DNA of 63,463 nt, the filler included. It is 5 parts of 5 records of this genome, joined end to end, with 100 filler letters (N's around TTAATTAATTAA, not from the genome) between each part and the next. Parts side by side here need not be neighbours in the genome. Positions count along the whole stretch, not along the records: positions 1 to 19,176 come from SRR20825006_1702; 4 more parts are not named here. The stretch is one strand, 5' to 3'. Both the position numbers and the translations under genes were made by a program. Positions 1 through 9,419 of the stretch are shown piece by piece (positions within the stretch are counted from its first letter, which is position 1; every line of letters begins with the position of its first letter). Under the pieces are notes generated by a model. That model was not told the DNA's origin, made no database searches, and worked only from the letters and a program-made list of their open reading frames with translations.

Positions 1-1
1 A

Positions 2-469
2 ATGAAAGAGAAGAAAGCCCGCGTTGAAGACGCCCTGCACGCAACCCGTGCAGCGGTAGAAGAAGGCGTGGTGCCTGGTGGTGGTGTTGCACTGGTTCGT
101 GCTGAAAGCAACCTGGGTGAGCTGAGAGGTGACAACCACGATCAGGACATGGGTATCAAGCTGGCCCGTCGTGCGATGCAGGAACCGCTGCGTCAAATCG
201 TCATGAATGCCGGTGCCGAAGCTTCTGTTGTTCATAACGAAGTGGCTGACGGTCAAGGTAACTTCGGTTACAACGCCGCTACCGGTGAATACGGTGACAT
301 GATCGATATGGGTATCCTGGACCCAACTAAGGTGACCCGGACCGCACTGCAAAACGCCGGTTCTGTTGCCGGTCTGATGCTGACCACCGAAGCCATGATT
401 GCCGAACTGCCTAAAGAAGAAGGCGCGCCGGCAATGCCAGACATGGGTGGCATGGGCGGCATGATGTAA
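2..469 (+). CDS. groEL: Chaperonin GroEL, 3' part (truncated at window start)
   Basis: [37 protein letters not shown] and the C-terminal GGMGGMM tail. Confidence 0.99.
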   Translation: MKEKKARVEDALHATRAAVEEGVVPGGGVALVRAESNLGELRGDNHDQDMGIKLARRAMQEPLRQIVMNAGAEASVVHNEVADGQGNFGYNAATGEYGDMIDMGILDPTKVTRTALQNAGSVAGLMLTTEAMIAELPKEEGAPAMPDMGGMGGMM

Positions 470-502
470 TCTGACACTGTCAGTTTTACAGAGAGTCCAA
501 AT

Positions 503-539
503 AAAAAGCCCTGGCATGAAAATGCCGGGGCTTTTTTTT
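503..539 (+). terminator. Intrinsic terminator after groEL, probably bidirectional
   Basis: AAAAAGCCCTGGCAT-GAAA-ATGCCGGGGCTTTTTTTT hairpin with A and T tracts between convergent genes. Confidence 0.9.
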
Positions 540-562
540 GCTATCAGGGATCTGAAGCGCAA

Positions 563-931
563 TCAGGGATGTAATGTTTTCCAGAATGGCAGCATGATAA
601 TTGCCAGGATCAGTACAAGTAACGCGACACTGCCGATCAATCTGAAAGGATGTTGCAGACTTTGCTGCCAGAAACCGACTTCATCGCCTGCGCGGAGGCG
701 GGCCTCGTAGTCAGTCCGCATTTTCTCAGCCCGCGCTTTTTGGTAGTCATCAATCAGCTCGCGGGCGTGAGGCAGATCCTCGTTATCACGCAGCCAGATA
801 GCCGCAACGCCCAGCCCGAAAAAACCGGCTGAACTTTCATAGACCTCAATGCCCGCCTCATCAAGAATGTGACGTACATCCTCGGCCTCATCCTCCGGGA
901 CTTGATTCAGTCGGAACAATAATACAGCCAT
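563..931 (-). CDS. Small membrane-anchored protein, DUF6164/DUF2007-like
   Basis: LLFRLNQVPEDEAEDVR...YESSAGFFGLGVAAIW N-terminal domain and one C-terminal TM helix; starts 2 bp after the aox stop. Confidence 0.75.
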   Translation of the reverse strand: MAVLLFRLNQVPEDEAEDVRHILDEAGIEVYESSAGFFGLGVAAIWLRDNEDLPHARELIDDYQKARAEKMRTDYEARLRAGDEVGFWQQSLQHPFRLIGSVALLVLILAIIMLPFWKTLHP

Positions 932-933
932 AT

Positions 934-1563
934 TTAACCCTGTGATTTGCTTTGCAATTGATTGGCAAAGTCATGGTTCACATCACGATGCTTGGCTTCG
1001 TCGTCCCGCACTACCAGGATCACATCACGCAGTCTGGCATCCGGCGATAGCTGCCAGTAATCGATGGCAATCTGCGGCGCGGGGACATTATCATATCTGC
1101 CACTGTCGACGCCCTCGAGATATTCGGTATAACTGTAAACGGCTTCTTCTTCCAGATAACCGACAATACGATGAGCCACGCGTGATGAACACAGATAAAG
1201 CAGGAAAAACAGGTTATAAAACACGCCCTGAGCGGTAATCACGACCACCCGTTCGAACAGACTGGGTTTGGCAATCTGGATGAATGTCAGTAAGTGCATA
1301 CGCTCGTTTTCTGCCTCATCCAGCAAGGTCCTAATCCAGCCGTCATCATCTTTCATCCGTCTTAGTGAATGCAGATGCTGTATCGCACCGCCTACCATGC
1401 CCGGTACTGCGGCGACGGTCTCCAGCACCACCGCGCGGTGCCCATATCGGCCCGCAAAGAAGGCATCAGCAAAAAAGCGCATGAATTTAACAATTCGATA
1501 GGCCAGCCTGTCTGATAAGCAACGGGTCTCATGATGAGGTGGGTGCTGATAATTTTCTGTCAT
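934..1563 (-). CDS. aox: Alternative oxidase (di-iron ubiquinol oxidase)
   Basis: All four AOX iron motifs: [29 protein letters not shown]. Confidence 0.95.
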   Translation of the reverse strand: MTENYQHPPHHETRCLSDRLAYRIVKFMRFFADAFFAGRYGHRAVVLETVAAVPGMVGGAIQHLHSLRRMKDDDGWIRTLLDEAENERMHLLTFIQIAKPSLFERVVVITAQGVFYNLFFLLYLCSSRVAHRIVGYLEEEAVYSYTEYLEGVDSGRYDNVPAPQIAIDYWQLSPDARLRDVILVVRDDEAKHRDVNHDFANQLQSKSQG

Positions 1564-1662
1564 ATCTTTCCTGGTGATTACTGAGCGGAGATAGTGATAA
1601 CCCTATTTTTATTAATGCTTAGTTTAAGCTGCAATCAGCCTGTCAGACGAAACAGCTGATGC

Positions 1663-2112
1663 TCAGGCAATCTCTGAAGTGCAGTGCGGACAGCGGGTGG
1701 CTTTGATAGCAACCGAACTGTAGCAGTACTGACAATCTTTAGTGGTGGGCTCAGCAGCGGGAATTTCTTCTTCACGACGTAGACGGTTAATGCTTCGGAT
1801 CAGCAGGAAAACAGCGAAAGCGACAATAATGAAGCTGATAACGGCATTGATAAATACACCGTAGCTGATAACAACAGCCCCTGATTCCTGAGCAGCAGCT
1901 AGGGTGGCGTAGGGTGCCGCCGTTGTACCTTCTTTCAGCAAAATAAACAGATCAGTAAAATCGACACCACCCAGAAGCAAACCGACGGGCGGCATGATGA
2001 CATCAGCGACAAGACTTTTGACGATAGTGGCAAAAGCGCCACCGATAATAATGCCCACCGCCATATCAACCACATTGCCACGCATGGCAAACTCTTTAAA
2101 TTCCTTCAACAT
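1663..2112 (-). CDS. mscL: Large-conductance mechanosensitive channel with C-terminal CxxC-CxxC tail
   Basis: [35 protein letters not shown]; tail CQYC...CPHC; AGGAG RBS. Confidence 0.95.
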   Translation of the reverse strand: MLKEFKEFAMRGNVVDMAVGIIIGGAFATIVKSLVADVIMPPVGLLLGGVDFTDLFILLKEGTTAAPYATLAAAQESGAVVISYGVFINAVISFIIVAFAVFLLIRSINRLRREEEIPAAEPTTKDCQYCYSSVAIKATRCPHCTSEIA

Positions 2113-2271
2113 GCTCAGCGCTCCTTGAGATCAAATCCTAGACAATGGCGTGGGATGACTTTAATTCACGCCAACAGTTGAAGACATATCCTGCGATGCC
2201 ATCTAAACAACGTCAGGATGGTGATGTTCATGCTGATAGTAGCCACGGCATGATTCACTTGTCCAGCGTTA

Positions 2272-2610
2272 TCAGGCGAGGCGGGTGCCGTCAGGGACTG
2301 ACATATCGGTAGTGGCCAGAACAACGCTGTGGTTTGACCTGTGGAAACCGGTTACCAGGCATTCCGACATAATCGGCCCGATCTGCTTGGGTGGGAAATT
2401 AGTCACTGCAATGACCTGTTTACCGAGCAGCTTGTCCGGTGTGTATAAATCGGTGATTTGGGCACTGGATTTGCGGACACCAATATCCGGACCGAAGTCG
2501 ATCTGCAGGATATAGCTCGGGTTGCGTGCTTCAGGAAAAGCTGTGGCCTCGATAATGGTGCCGACCCGCAATTCAACTTGCTGAAAGGTTTCCCAGCTCA
2601 GGTAAGTCAT
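2272..2610 (-). CDS. csaA: CsaA-family tRNA-binding/export chaperone (OB fold)
   Basis: ELRVGTI, IDFG, RKSSAQIT, NFPPKQIG, SECLVTG motifs. Confidence 0.92.
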   Translation of the reverse strand: MTYLSWETFQQVELRVGTIIEATAFPEARNPSYILQIDFGPDIGVRKSSAQITDLYTPDKLLGKQVIAVTNFPPKQIGPIMSECLVTGFHRSNHSVVLATTDMSVPDGTRLA

Positions 2611-2631
2611 TTCCTTTCCTTGGGGGCATGT

Positions 2632-3633
2632 TCATTGGTAAAGCGGACATTTGGGCACCTCGCACTGACCGGCAGGCACATCACGTTGACCGACAATTTC
2701 TTTGAGACTGTCGGAGAGATTCTGATCCCCAGGGTCGAGCCTGACTGCACACCCTATCGCTTTGATCGCGCCGACACGGCATTGTCGTGCCATCAGTACA
2801 TAAGCCAGATTATTCCAGGCCTGCGCATTATCCGGTTCGTTATTCACAGCTTGGGTGAACGCAGCCTGAGCACCTTCAAAATCTTTCATGGCGTATAAGG
2901 CATTACCCAGCGTCATTTGCGGCAGGGCCTGATCGGGCCAATAATCACCGGCAGTATTAAAAGCCTGCATGGCGGCTTTTTCACGGCCTGATTGCATCAG
3001 TGCCACAGCACTGCGACTGTATTCGACGACATTGGCAGTAACCGGCACTTCATCGGGCGGTACCATCACATAAGCCCAGTGATCGGCGCGTTGCCAGGTG
3101 CGTTCAAAAGTGGAAAACGGGACCAGATGCCGTTTGCTGGTTCCGGAGCGCAGAATCAATTGCTGCTGCTTGAGGTCATAACCGACCACCACGGCATAAT
3201 GCCACTGCGGTACCCATTCCAGTGCGAGGTTCTGGAACACCAAAACCGGCCGCCCGGAAGCCACTTCCCTCAGAATATCGCCAAGGTTGCTGGCCAGTTT
3301 GTAGGTCAGCAGGTCATAGCTTCGTGCCGTGGCAATCATTTCGATTTGCAGACTGCCTTTGCGCGCCGGGATATAGACCTTGTCGACCAACTGCTCCGGC
3401 CTGACTTCTATATGCTGACGATCCAGCACGGTTGCGAGCGCAGCAGGTCCACACTGATATTTTTCCTGCGGGAAAAAAGCGACCTCAGTCAGTTCATGGC
3501 TGGTTGCAATACCGGCTGGTGGTTGATTACTGAGACGATTGCTTTGTGGTGTACCGGCACAGGCACTGAGCAGCAGAACAAAAAAGGCGCCAGACAAAAG
3601 CCTGGCGCCTTTTTTGAAGAAAGTTAATTGCAT
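2632..3633 (-). CDS. PA2778-family C39-like cysteine peptidase lipoprotein with C-terminal TPRs
   Basis: Lipobox LLSA-C; QEKYQCGPAAL catalytic Cys; WHYAVVVGYD catalytic His; TPR-like LGNALY and AWNNLAY helices. Confidence 0.85.
   Translation of the reverse strand: MQLTFFKKGARLLSGAFFVLLLSACAGTPQSNRLSNQPPAGIATSHELTEVAFFPQEKYQCGPAALATVLDRQHIEVRPEQLVDKVYIPARKGSLQIEMIATARSYDLLTYKLASNLGDILREVASGRPVLVFQNLALEWVPQWHYAVVVGYDLKQQQLILRSGTSKRHLVPFSTFERTWQRADHWAYVMVPPDEVPVTANVVEYSRSAVALMQSGREKAAMQAFNTAGDYWPDQALPQMTLGNALYAMKDFEGAQAAFTQAVNNEPDNAQAWNNLAYVLMARQCRVGAIKAIGCAVRLDPGDQNLSDSLKEIVGQRDVPAGQCEVPKCPLYQ
3580..3615 (-). terminator. Intrinsic terminator-like hairpin inside the first codons of the peptidase gene
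   Basis: Minus strand AAAAAAGGCGCCAGGC-TTTT-GTCTGGCGCCTTTTTT, about 20 bp after the stop of the upstream PA2779-like gene. Confidence 0.75.
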
Positions 3634-3634
3634 A

Positions 3635-4033
3635 CTAATGATTTATATCGTGGACGAAACCGAATACGTTGGTGGCGCCTAACATATCCGTCACCACAAG
3701 TACCACGAAGACAACTAGTAGCGCGCCGATGATACCGCTACCGGCAGGCATATTTTCAAAGTCCTGTTGAAGCTGCGCCAGCTCCTGGTTATTCATTTGC
3801 TGGATACGCTGTTTGGCATCATCAATATTAACCCCAGCGGCAACCAGTTTGTCCTGAACATCCTGTTTATCCAATTCACCCAGGATCTGAGTTTTGGTGA
3901 TTTCCTGCTGTGCATTGGCAAGGATCTGGTCATTGTCCACCATGGCTGCTTGCAGCGGTACGGTGTGAATGCTCAGTAATGCCAGGATCGAAAGAATGGG
4001 TACTACTTTTCCAAGGCGTCTGAAGAAATTCAT
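3635..4033 (-). CDS. PA2779-family exported protein, copy A (132 aa)
   Basis: ATG 4033 with AAGGAG RBS; signal peptide ending PLQA-A; helical body; MPAGSG then hydrophobic segment and TDMLGAT.VF. Confidence 0.85.
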   Translation of the reverse strand: MNFFRRLGKVVPILSILALLSIHTVPLQAAMVDNDQILANAQQEITKTQILGELDKQDVQDKLVAAGVNIDDAKQRIQQMNNQELAQLQQDFENMPAGSGIIGALLVVFVVLVVTDMLGATNVFGFVHDINH

Positions 4034-4181
4034 AGTTACTCCTTTTCCAAGTGTTGGAATATACGGTTGAATTGTGACCGTATAGCCCAACGTTAACAAA
4101 AGCTTATATCGATTGCGAGATAATTATGCTGTAGCTGGCAGCGGGATTGTGTGCTACCTGCTTCAGAGAAAAAACATTGCC

Positions 4182-4583
4182 TCAATGATTGATATCATGG
4201 ACAAAGCCGAATACATCCGTGGCACCCAGCATATCGGTGACAACCAGTACAACAAAAATAACAACGATGGCACCGATAATGTGACCACTGCCTGCTGGCA
4301 TGTTTTCAAAATCTTGCGCTACGCTGGCAAGCTCCTGCTCCGTCATCTGATTAATGCGTTGTTTGGCGGTGTCCATATCCACACCCATTGCGACAAGACG
4401 ATCCTGCACATCCTGACGATCCATCTGAGCCAGAATTTCCTGTTTGTTCAGGTCATGTTGGTATTGTGCAATCAATTGACCGTTATCCACCATCGCCGCC
4501 TGCAGTGGAGCGATGTGCATGCTGAACAGCGCCAGTATCGATAAAATCGGTACGAGTTTGGTAAAGCGTCTGAATACATTCAT
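4182..4583 (-). CDS. PA2779-family exported protein, copy B (133 aa)
   Basis: ATG 4583 with AAGGAG RBS; full-length paralog of 3635-4033. Confidence 0.85.
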   Translation of the reverse strand: MNVFRRFTKLVPILSILALFSMHIAPLQAAMVDNGQLIAQYQHDLNKQEILAQMDRQDVQDRLVAMGVDMDTAKQRINQMTEQELASVAQDFENMPAGSGHIIGAIVVIFVVLVVTDMLGATDVFGFVHDINH

Positions 4584-4810
4584 GGGACTCTCCTTATCAA
4601 AGCAATAAAGACTCAAGGACAACCTGAGATGGCAGCTTGGCAAAGTTGAATTTGATGATTCTGAGTCCAGGCGTTCAGGTTATGCTTAACACTTTGACAC
4701 AATAGCAATAGCGAAAATTCAATGTTGAGAACTCATTCAAATTTAGTGTGTTTGCTACTGCTTGCGTTAGAGTGGGGCTTGGTCAACATAAATCAAAAAA
4801 AGGGATAAAT

Positions 4811-7639
4811 ATGTCAGCCGGTTTTTCTTTATCTGAAAACTGGAGCAAGGCACTTTCAGCCACGCCAGAGTTGGAACGTACTGCTAATACGGTACTGGCC
4901 GCGAGTGAGTTTGTGATGCAGTGGGGGCAGAGCCAACCGGCTCAATTGGACACGCTCATTTCTTCCGGGCTGGTTGAACAGAAACTGGATAAGACGGCAT
5001 TTGAGCAAATGCTGTCACAACGACTGGACGCGGTTAGCGATGAAACCGGTTTGCAGCGTGAATTGCGTTTTTTCCGTCAATTGCAAATGGTGAGAATTAT
5101 CTGGCGGGACTTGGCCGGCTGGGCCGATCTGGCCGAAACGATGGCGGATTTGTCCGCAATGGCGGATGTCTGTATCCAGCAGAGCCTGAGTCTGCTGCAT
5201 GAATGGCAGACAGCGCTTTACGGTCGCCCCTGCGATGATGACGGTAATGAACAGACGCTGGTGGTACTGGGAATGGGTAAGCTGGGCGCCCGTGAACTGA
5301 ATCTGTCTTCTGATATTGATTTGATATTCACTTATCCCGAGGAAGGCGAAACCCGGGATGGGCGTAAGACGCTCAGCAATGAAGAGTTTTTCGCCCGGCT
5401 CGGACGCAAACTGATTCAGGCATTGGATAATCAGACCGCCGATGGCTTTGTGTTCCGTGTCGATATGCGCCTGCGTCCATTCGGTGAAAGTGGGGTACTC
5501 GCCTCCAGCTACGAAGCGATGGAAGAGTATTACCAGACCCAGGGCAGGGAATGGGAACGTTACGCGATGATTAAAGCGCGTGCCATCACCGGCAGTGAGG
5601 AAGCCAGGAAAGCGCTGTCAGACATGCTGCGCCCTTTTGTCTACCGACGTTACCTTGATTACGGCATGTTTGACTCATTACGGGAAATGAAGTCGATGAT
5701 CGCAGGCCAGCTGCATCGCAGAGGCATGGAAGATAATATCAAGCTGGGCGCTGGCGGTATTCGTGAAATTGAATTTATCGGTCAGGTATTTCAGCTCATT
5801 TACGGCGGTCGCGATAAACCTTTGCAGCAAAGACCGATTCTGACCATTCTCGACTGTCTGGCTGAACGTAATGTGCTGTCCGATTACGCCGTCAATGAAT
5901 TAAAACAGGCATACGATTTTCTGCGCCGTACCGAACACCGTATTCAGGCCTGGGCCGATCAGCAAACCCATGTTTTACCCACAGAGCCAGAGGCAAGACA
6001 GCGTTTGGCTCACAGCATGGGCTTTGATAACTGGGAAGCCTTTAATGAGCAACTCTGGCAGCATCGTCAGCAAGTCCATGATCACTTCAATCAGTTGCTG
6101 GCAGCGCCCCAGGCAGAAGACGAAGCAGCGACCAATAATATTTCGCTACTCAATGCCGGTGAAGAAGAAAAGCTGGAGTACCTGAATGCGTGTGGCTACC
6201 AACAACCTGAAGCCTGTCTGGAAGTACTGGACAAGCTGCTGGAACAGCATATTTGTCGCAATCTCAGCCAGACCGGGCGGCAGCGGCTGGAAAAATTACT
6301 GCCCTTGTTAGTGCAGGCCGCGGCAGGTACTGAAAACCCCGATGAAACCTTGCCGAGGCTGATGCCGCTGCTGGAATCGATCATGCGTCGCAGCGCTTAT
6401 ATGTCTTTGCTGGTGGAAAACCCGCTGGCCTTGTCGCAGTTGGTCAAGCTGTGTGCAGCCAGTCCGCTGATTAGCCACCAACTGGCACGTTACCCGGTGT
6501 TACTGGATGAACTGCTGGATCCACGTTCACTCTATGAAGTGCCGGCGCGTGATGAGCTTAAAAAGCAGCTGGAACTGTTCCTGGCGTCGGTCGATGAAGA
6601 CGATCTGGAACAGATGATGAACCGCTTGCGTGAATTTCGCCAGATTGCCACATTGCATGTGGCTGCTGCCGATGTCACTGATGTATTACCTCTGATGCGG
6701 GTTGGCGACCAGCTCTCGGAACTGGCTGAAATTCAGCTTGAGAAAGTCTTGCAACTGGCCTGGGCTCACCTGGTCAAACGCCATGGCTACCCGCCCGCTG
6801 TCAAAACTGATGACCCGGCCAGTTGCGGTTTTACGATTCTGGCTTATGGCAAGCTGGGTGGGCTGGAGCTGGGTTATGGCTCGGATCTGGATCTCGTCTT
6901 CATTTTTGATGACGAGCAGACAGGCATGACCGATGGTGACAAGCCGGTCGAGCCGATGGTGTTCTATACCCGACTTGCCCAGCGCATGATTCATCTGCTG
7001 ACCACCATTACGCCCGGCGGCATACTCTATGAGGTGGATATGCGGCTCCGGCCCAGTGGCGCTTCCGGTTTGCTGGTCAGCCCTCTAAGTGGCTTTGCCG
7101 ATTATCAGCGCGATGAAGCCTGGACCTGGGAACATCAGGCGCTGGTACGAGCCCGCTGTGTGGGGGGAGATGAAGCGCTGGCGGCCAAAGTCTGGCAGAT
7201 AAGGGAACAGGTATTATCCCAATCTCGTGATGAAGCCGCACTGGCCGACAAGGTCCGCGAGATGCGCAGCAAGATGCGCGGACAGCTCGACAAGAGCGAC
7301 AGCCAACTGTTTGATCTGAAACAGGGGATCGGTGCTATCACCGATATTGAGTTTATGGTGCAATATGCGGTGCTTGCCTGGTCAGCAAACTTGCCTGAAC
7401 TACTGGTTTACACAGATAATATCAGGATTTTGGAAGCGCTGGTCGCCACCGGCAGACTGGCACAGGCGGAAGGTGACATGCTCGCCGAAGCCTATCGTTT
7501 CTATCGTAGTGAGGCCAATCACTGCGTATTGCAGGAAAGACCGGCGCTGATCAACAAAGCGCGGGTAGGCGATTATCCGGAGCATGTAGCCACTATTTGG
7601 CAACGCTGGTTAGGTGAGAACCTAAGCAGTGCCGATTAA
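4811..7639 (+). CDS. glnE: Bifunctional glutamine synthetase adenylyltransferase/adenylyl-removing enzyme
   Basis: Two nucleotidyltransferase motifs (GMGKLGARELNLSSDIDL, YGKLGGLELGYGSDLDL) and two VDMRLRP motifs; start set at ATG 4811. Confidence 0.97.
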   Translation: MSAGFSLSENWSKALSATPELERTANTVLAASEFVMQWGQSQPAQLDTLISSGLVEQKLDKTAFEQMLSQRLDAVSDETGLQRELRFFRQLQMVRIIWRDLAGWADLAETMADLSAMADVCIQQSLSLLHEWQTALYGRPCDDDGNEQTLVVLGMGKLGARELNLSSDIDLIFTYPEEGETRDGRKTLSNEEFFARLGRKLIQALDNQTADGFVFRVDMRLRPFGESGVLASSYEAMEEYYQTQGREWERYAMIKARAITGSEEARKALSDMLRPFVYRRYLDYGMFDSLREMKSMIAGQLHRRGMEDNIKLGAGGIREIEFIGQVFQLIYGGRDKPLQQRPILTILDCLAERNVLSDYAVNELKQAYDFLRRTEHRIQAWADQQTHVLPTEPEARQRLAHSMGFDNWEAFNEQLWQHRQQVHDHFNQLLAAPQAEDEAATNNISLLNAGEEEKLEYLNACGYQQPEACLEVLDKLLEQHICRNLSQTGRQRLEKLLPLLVQAAAGTENPDETLPRLMPLLESIMRRSAYMSLLVENPLALSQLVKLCAASPLISHQLARYPVLLDELLDPRSLYEVPARDELKKQLELFLASVDEDDLEQMMNRLREFRQIATLHVAAADVTDVLPLMRVGDQLSELAEIQLEKVLQLAWAHLVKRHGYPPAVKTDDPASCGFTILAYGKLGGLELGYGSDLDLVFIFDDEQTGMTDGDKPVEPMVFYTRLAQRMIHLLTTITPGGILYEVDMRLRPSGASGLLVSPLSGFADYQRDEAWTWEHQALVRARCVGGDEALAAKVWQIREQVLSQSRDEAALADKVREMRSKMRGQLDKSDSQLFDLKQGIGAITDIEFMVQYAVLAWSANLPELLVYTDNIRILEALVATGRLAQAEGDMLAEAYRFYRSEANHCVLQERPALINKARVGDYPEHVATIWQRWLGENLSSAD

Positions 7640-7663
7640 CAGACAGACTTGGAATTTAGGATT

Positions 7664-8593
7664 ATGGTAGCAGCAACAATGGCGGATCGTGATGGCGTTA
7701 TCTGGCTGGACGGCGAACTGGTGCCGTGGCGGGAAGCGAAAGTCCACGTACTCACCCACACCCTGCATTACGGCATGGGCGTATTCGAAGGCGTGCGCGC
7801 TTACAAAGCTGACAACGGCACTGCCATATTCCGTTTACAGGAACACACGGATCGCCTGTTCCGCAGCGCTAAAATTCTGGGCATGAAAATTCAGTTTGAT
7901 AAAGACACTATCAATGAAGCTCAGCGCACCGTGGTTCGAGACAATAATCTTGAATCAGCTTACATCCGTCCGATGTGTTTTTATGGTTCAGAAGGGATGG
8001 GGATCCGCGCTGATAACCTGAATGTACATACGATGGTTGCGGCCTGGAGCTGGGGCGCATATCTCGGTGAAGAGAACATGACCAAGGGCATTCGCATCAA
8101 GACTTCCTCGTTTACCCGTCATCACGTCAATATCACTATGTGTAAAGCCAAGGCTAACGGCAACTACATGAACTCGATGATGGCACTGCAGGAAGCGGTG
8201 AGCTGCGGTTATGACGAAGCCCTGCTTCTCGACGCGCAGGGCTTTGTCTGTGAAGGCAGTGGTGAGAACTTCTTTATGGTGCGTGATGGTGTGCTCTACA
8301 CGCCGGAACTGACATCCGCTTTGGAAGGGATTACCCGCGACACGGTTATCACCCTGGCGCGTGACATCGGCCTCAAAGTCGTAGAAAAACGCATCACCCG
8401 TGACGAAGTTTATATCGCCGATGAGGCCTTCTTTACCGGCACCGCGGCGGAAGTCACGCCGATTCGTGAGTTGGATAACCGTCCTATCGGCAGCGGCACC
8501 CGTGGTCCGATTACCGAGAAACTGCAATCCATGTATTTTGATCAGGTGCTGGGGCGCAGTGAGGTTTATCAGAACTGGAATACGCTGGTCTGA
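7664..8593 (+). CDS. ilvE: Branched-chain amino acid aminotransferase
   Basis: LHYGMGVFEG, AKANGNY (PLP Lys), EGSGEN, LEGITR, GTAAEVTP; start could also be ATG 7679. Confidence 0.96.
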   Translation: MVAATMADRDGVIWLDGELVPWREAKVHVLTHTLHYGMGVFEGVRAYKADNGTAIFRLQEHTDRLFRSAKILGMKIQFDKDTINEAQRTVVRDNNLESAYIRPMCFYGSEGMGIRADNLNVHTMVAAWSWGAYLGEENMTKGIRIKTSSFTRHHVNITMCKAKANGNYMNSMMALQEAVSCGYDEALLLDAQGFVCEGSGENFFMVRDGVLYTPELTSALEGITRDTVITLARDIGLKVVEKRITRDEVYIADEAFFTGTAAEVTPIRELDNRPIGSGTRGPITEKLQSMYFDQVLGRSEVYQNWNTLV

Positions 8594-8659
8594 GACAAAC
8601 ATTAAAAACAGTCGGGTGACGCTGCCCGGCTGGCGCTAAATAAAGAGGTATTAAGCACA

Positions 8660-9409
8660 ATGGCAGGTCATAGTAAGTGGGCAAATATTCAGCACCGTAA
8701 AGGCGCGCAGGATGCCAAACGCGGCAAACTGTTCACCAAGCTGATTCGCGAGATCACCGTCTCAGCCCGGATGGGCGGCAGCGACCCCGCCACCAACCCT
8801 CGCTTGCGGGCAGCCATCGACAAGGCGCTGGGCAGCAATATGACCAAAGATGTCATCGAGCGTGCCGCCAAGCGCGGTGCCGGTGAGCTGGAAGGTGTCA
8901 GCTACGAGGAAATCCGTTATGAAGGTTACGGTCCTAATGGCATTGCCATCATGGTCGACTGCATGACCGACAATAAAAACCGCACGGTCGCGGCGGTACG
9001 TAATGTGTTCAGCAAACGTGGCGGTAATATGGGTACCGACGGTTGCGTTGCCTTCATGTTCAATCAAAAAGGCATCATTACATTACCGGTAGGCACCAAG
9101 GAAGATGACATCATGGAAGCCGCTTTGGAATCCGGCGCCGAAGATATTGTGACTAATGATGATGGCAGCATTGATGTGTTCACTGCACCGGAAGATTATT
9201 CAGCAGTGAAAGATGCGCTGGATGCTGCCGGTATCGAAGTAGAATCGTCGCAGGTCACTATGCATCCCGACAATACCGTCAGCCTTGAGGTGGAAGATGC
9301 CAGGAAAGCGATTGGGCTTATCGAAGCTTTCGAAGAACTGGATGATGTGCAGGAAGTGTATTCCAACGCCGACTTTACTGATGAGGTGATGGCGCAGCTG
9401 GATAGCTGA
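8660..9409 (+). CDS. yebC: YebC/PmpR family protein
   Basis: [27 protein letters not shown]. Confidence 0.97.
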   Translation: MAGHSKWANIQHRKGAQDAKRGKLFTKLIREITVSARMGGSDPATNPRLRAAIDKALGSNMTKDVIERAAKRGAGELEGVSYEEIRYEGYGPNGIAIMVDCMTDNKNRTVAAVRNVFSKRGGNMGTDGCVAFMFNQKGIITLPVGTKEDDIMEAALESGAEDIVTNDDGSIDVFTAPEDYSAVKDALDAAGIEVESSQVTMHPDNTVSLEVEDARKAIGLIEAFEELDDVQEVYSNADFTDEVMAQLDS

Positions 9410-9419
9410 CGTCCATCTC

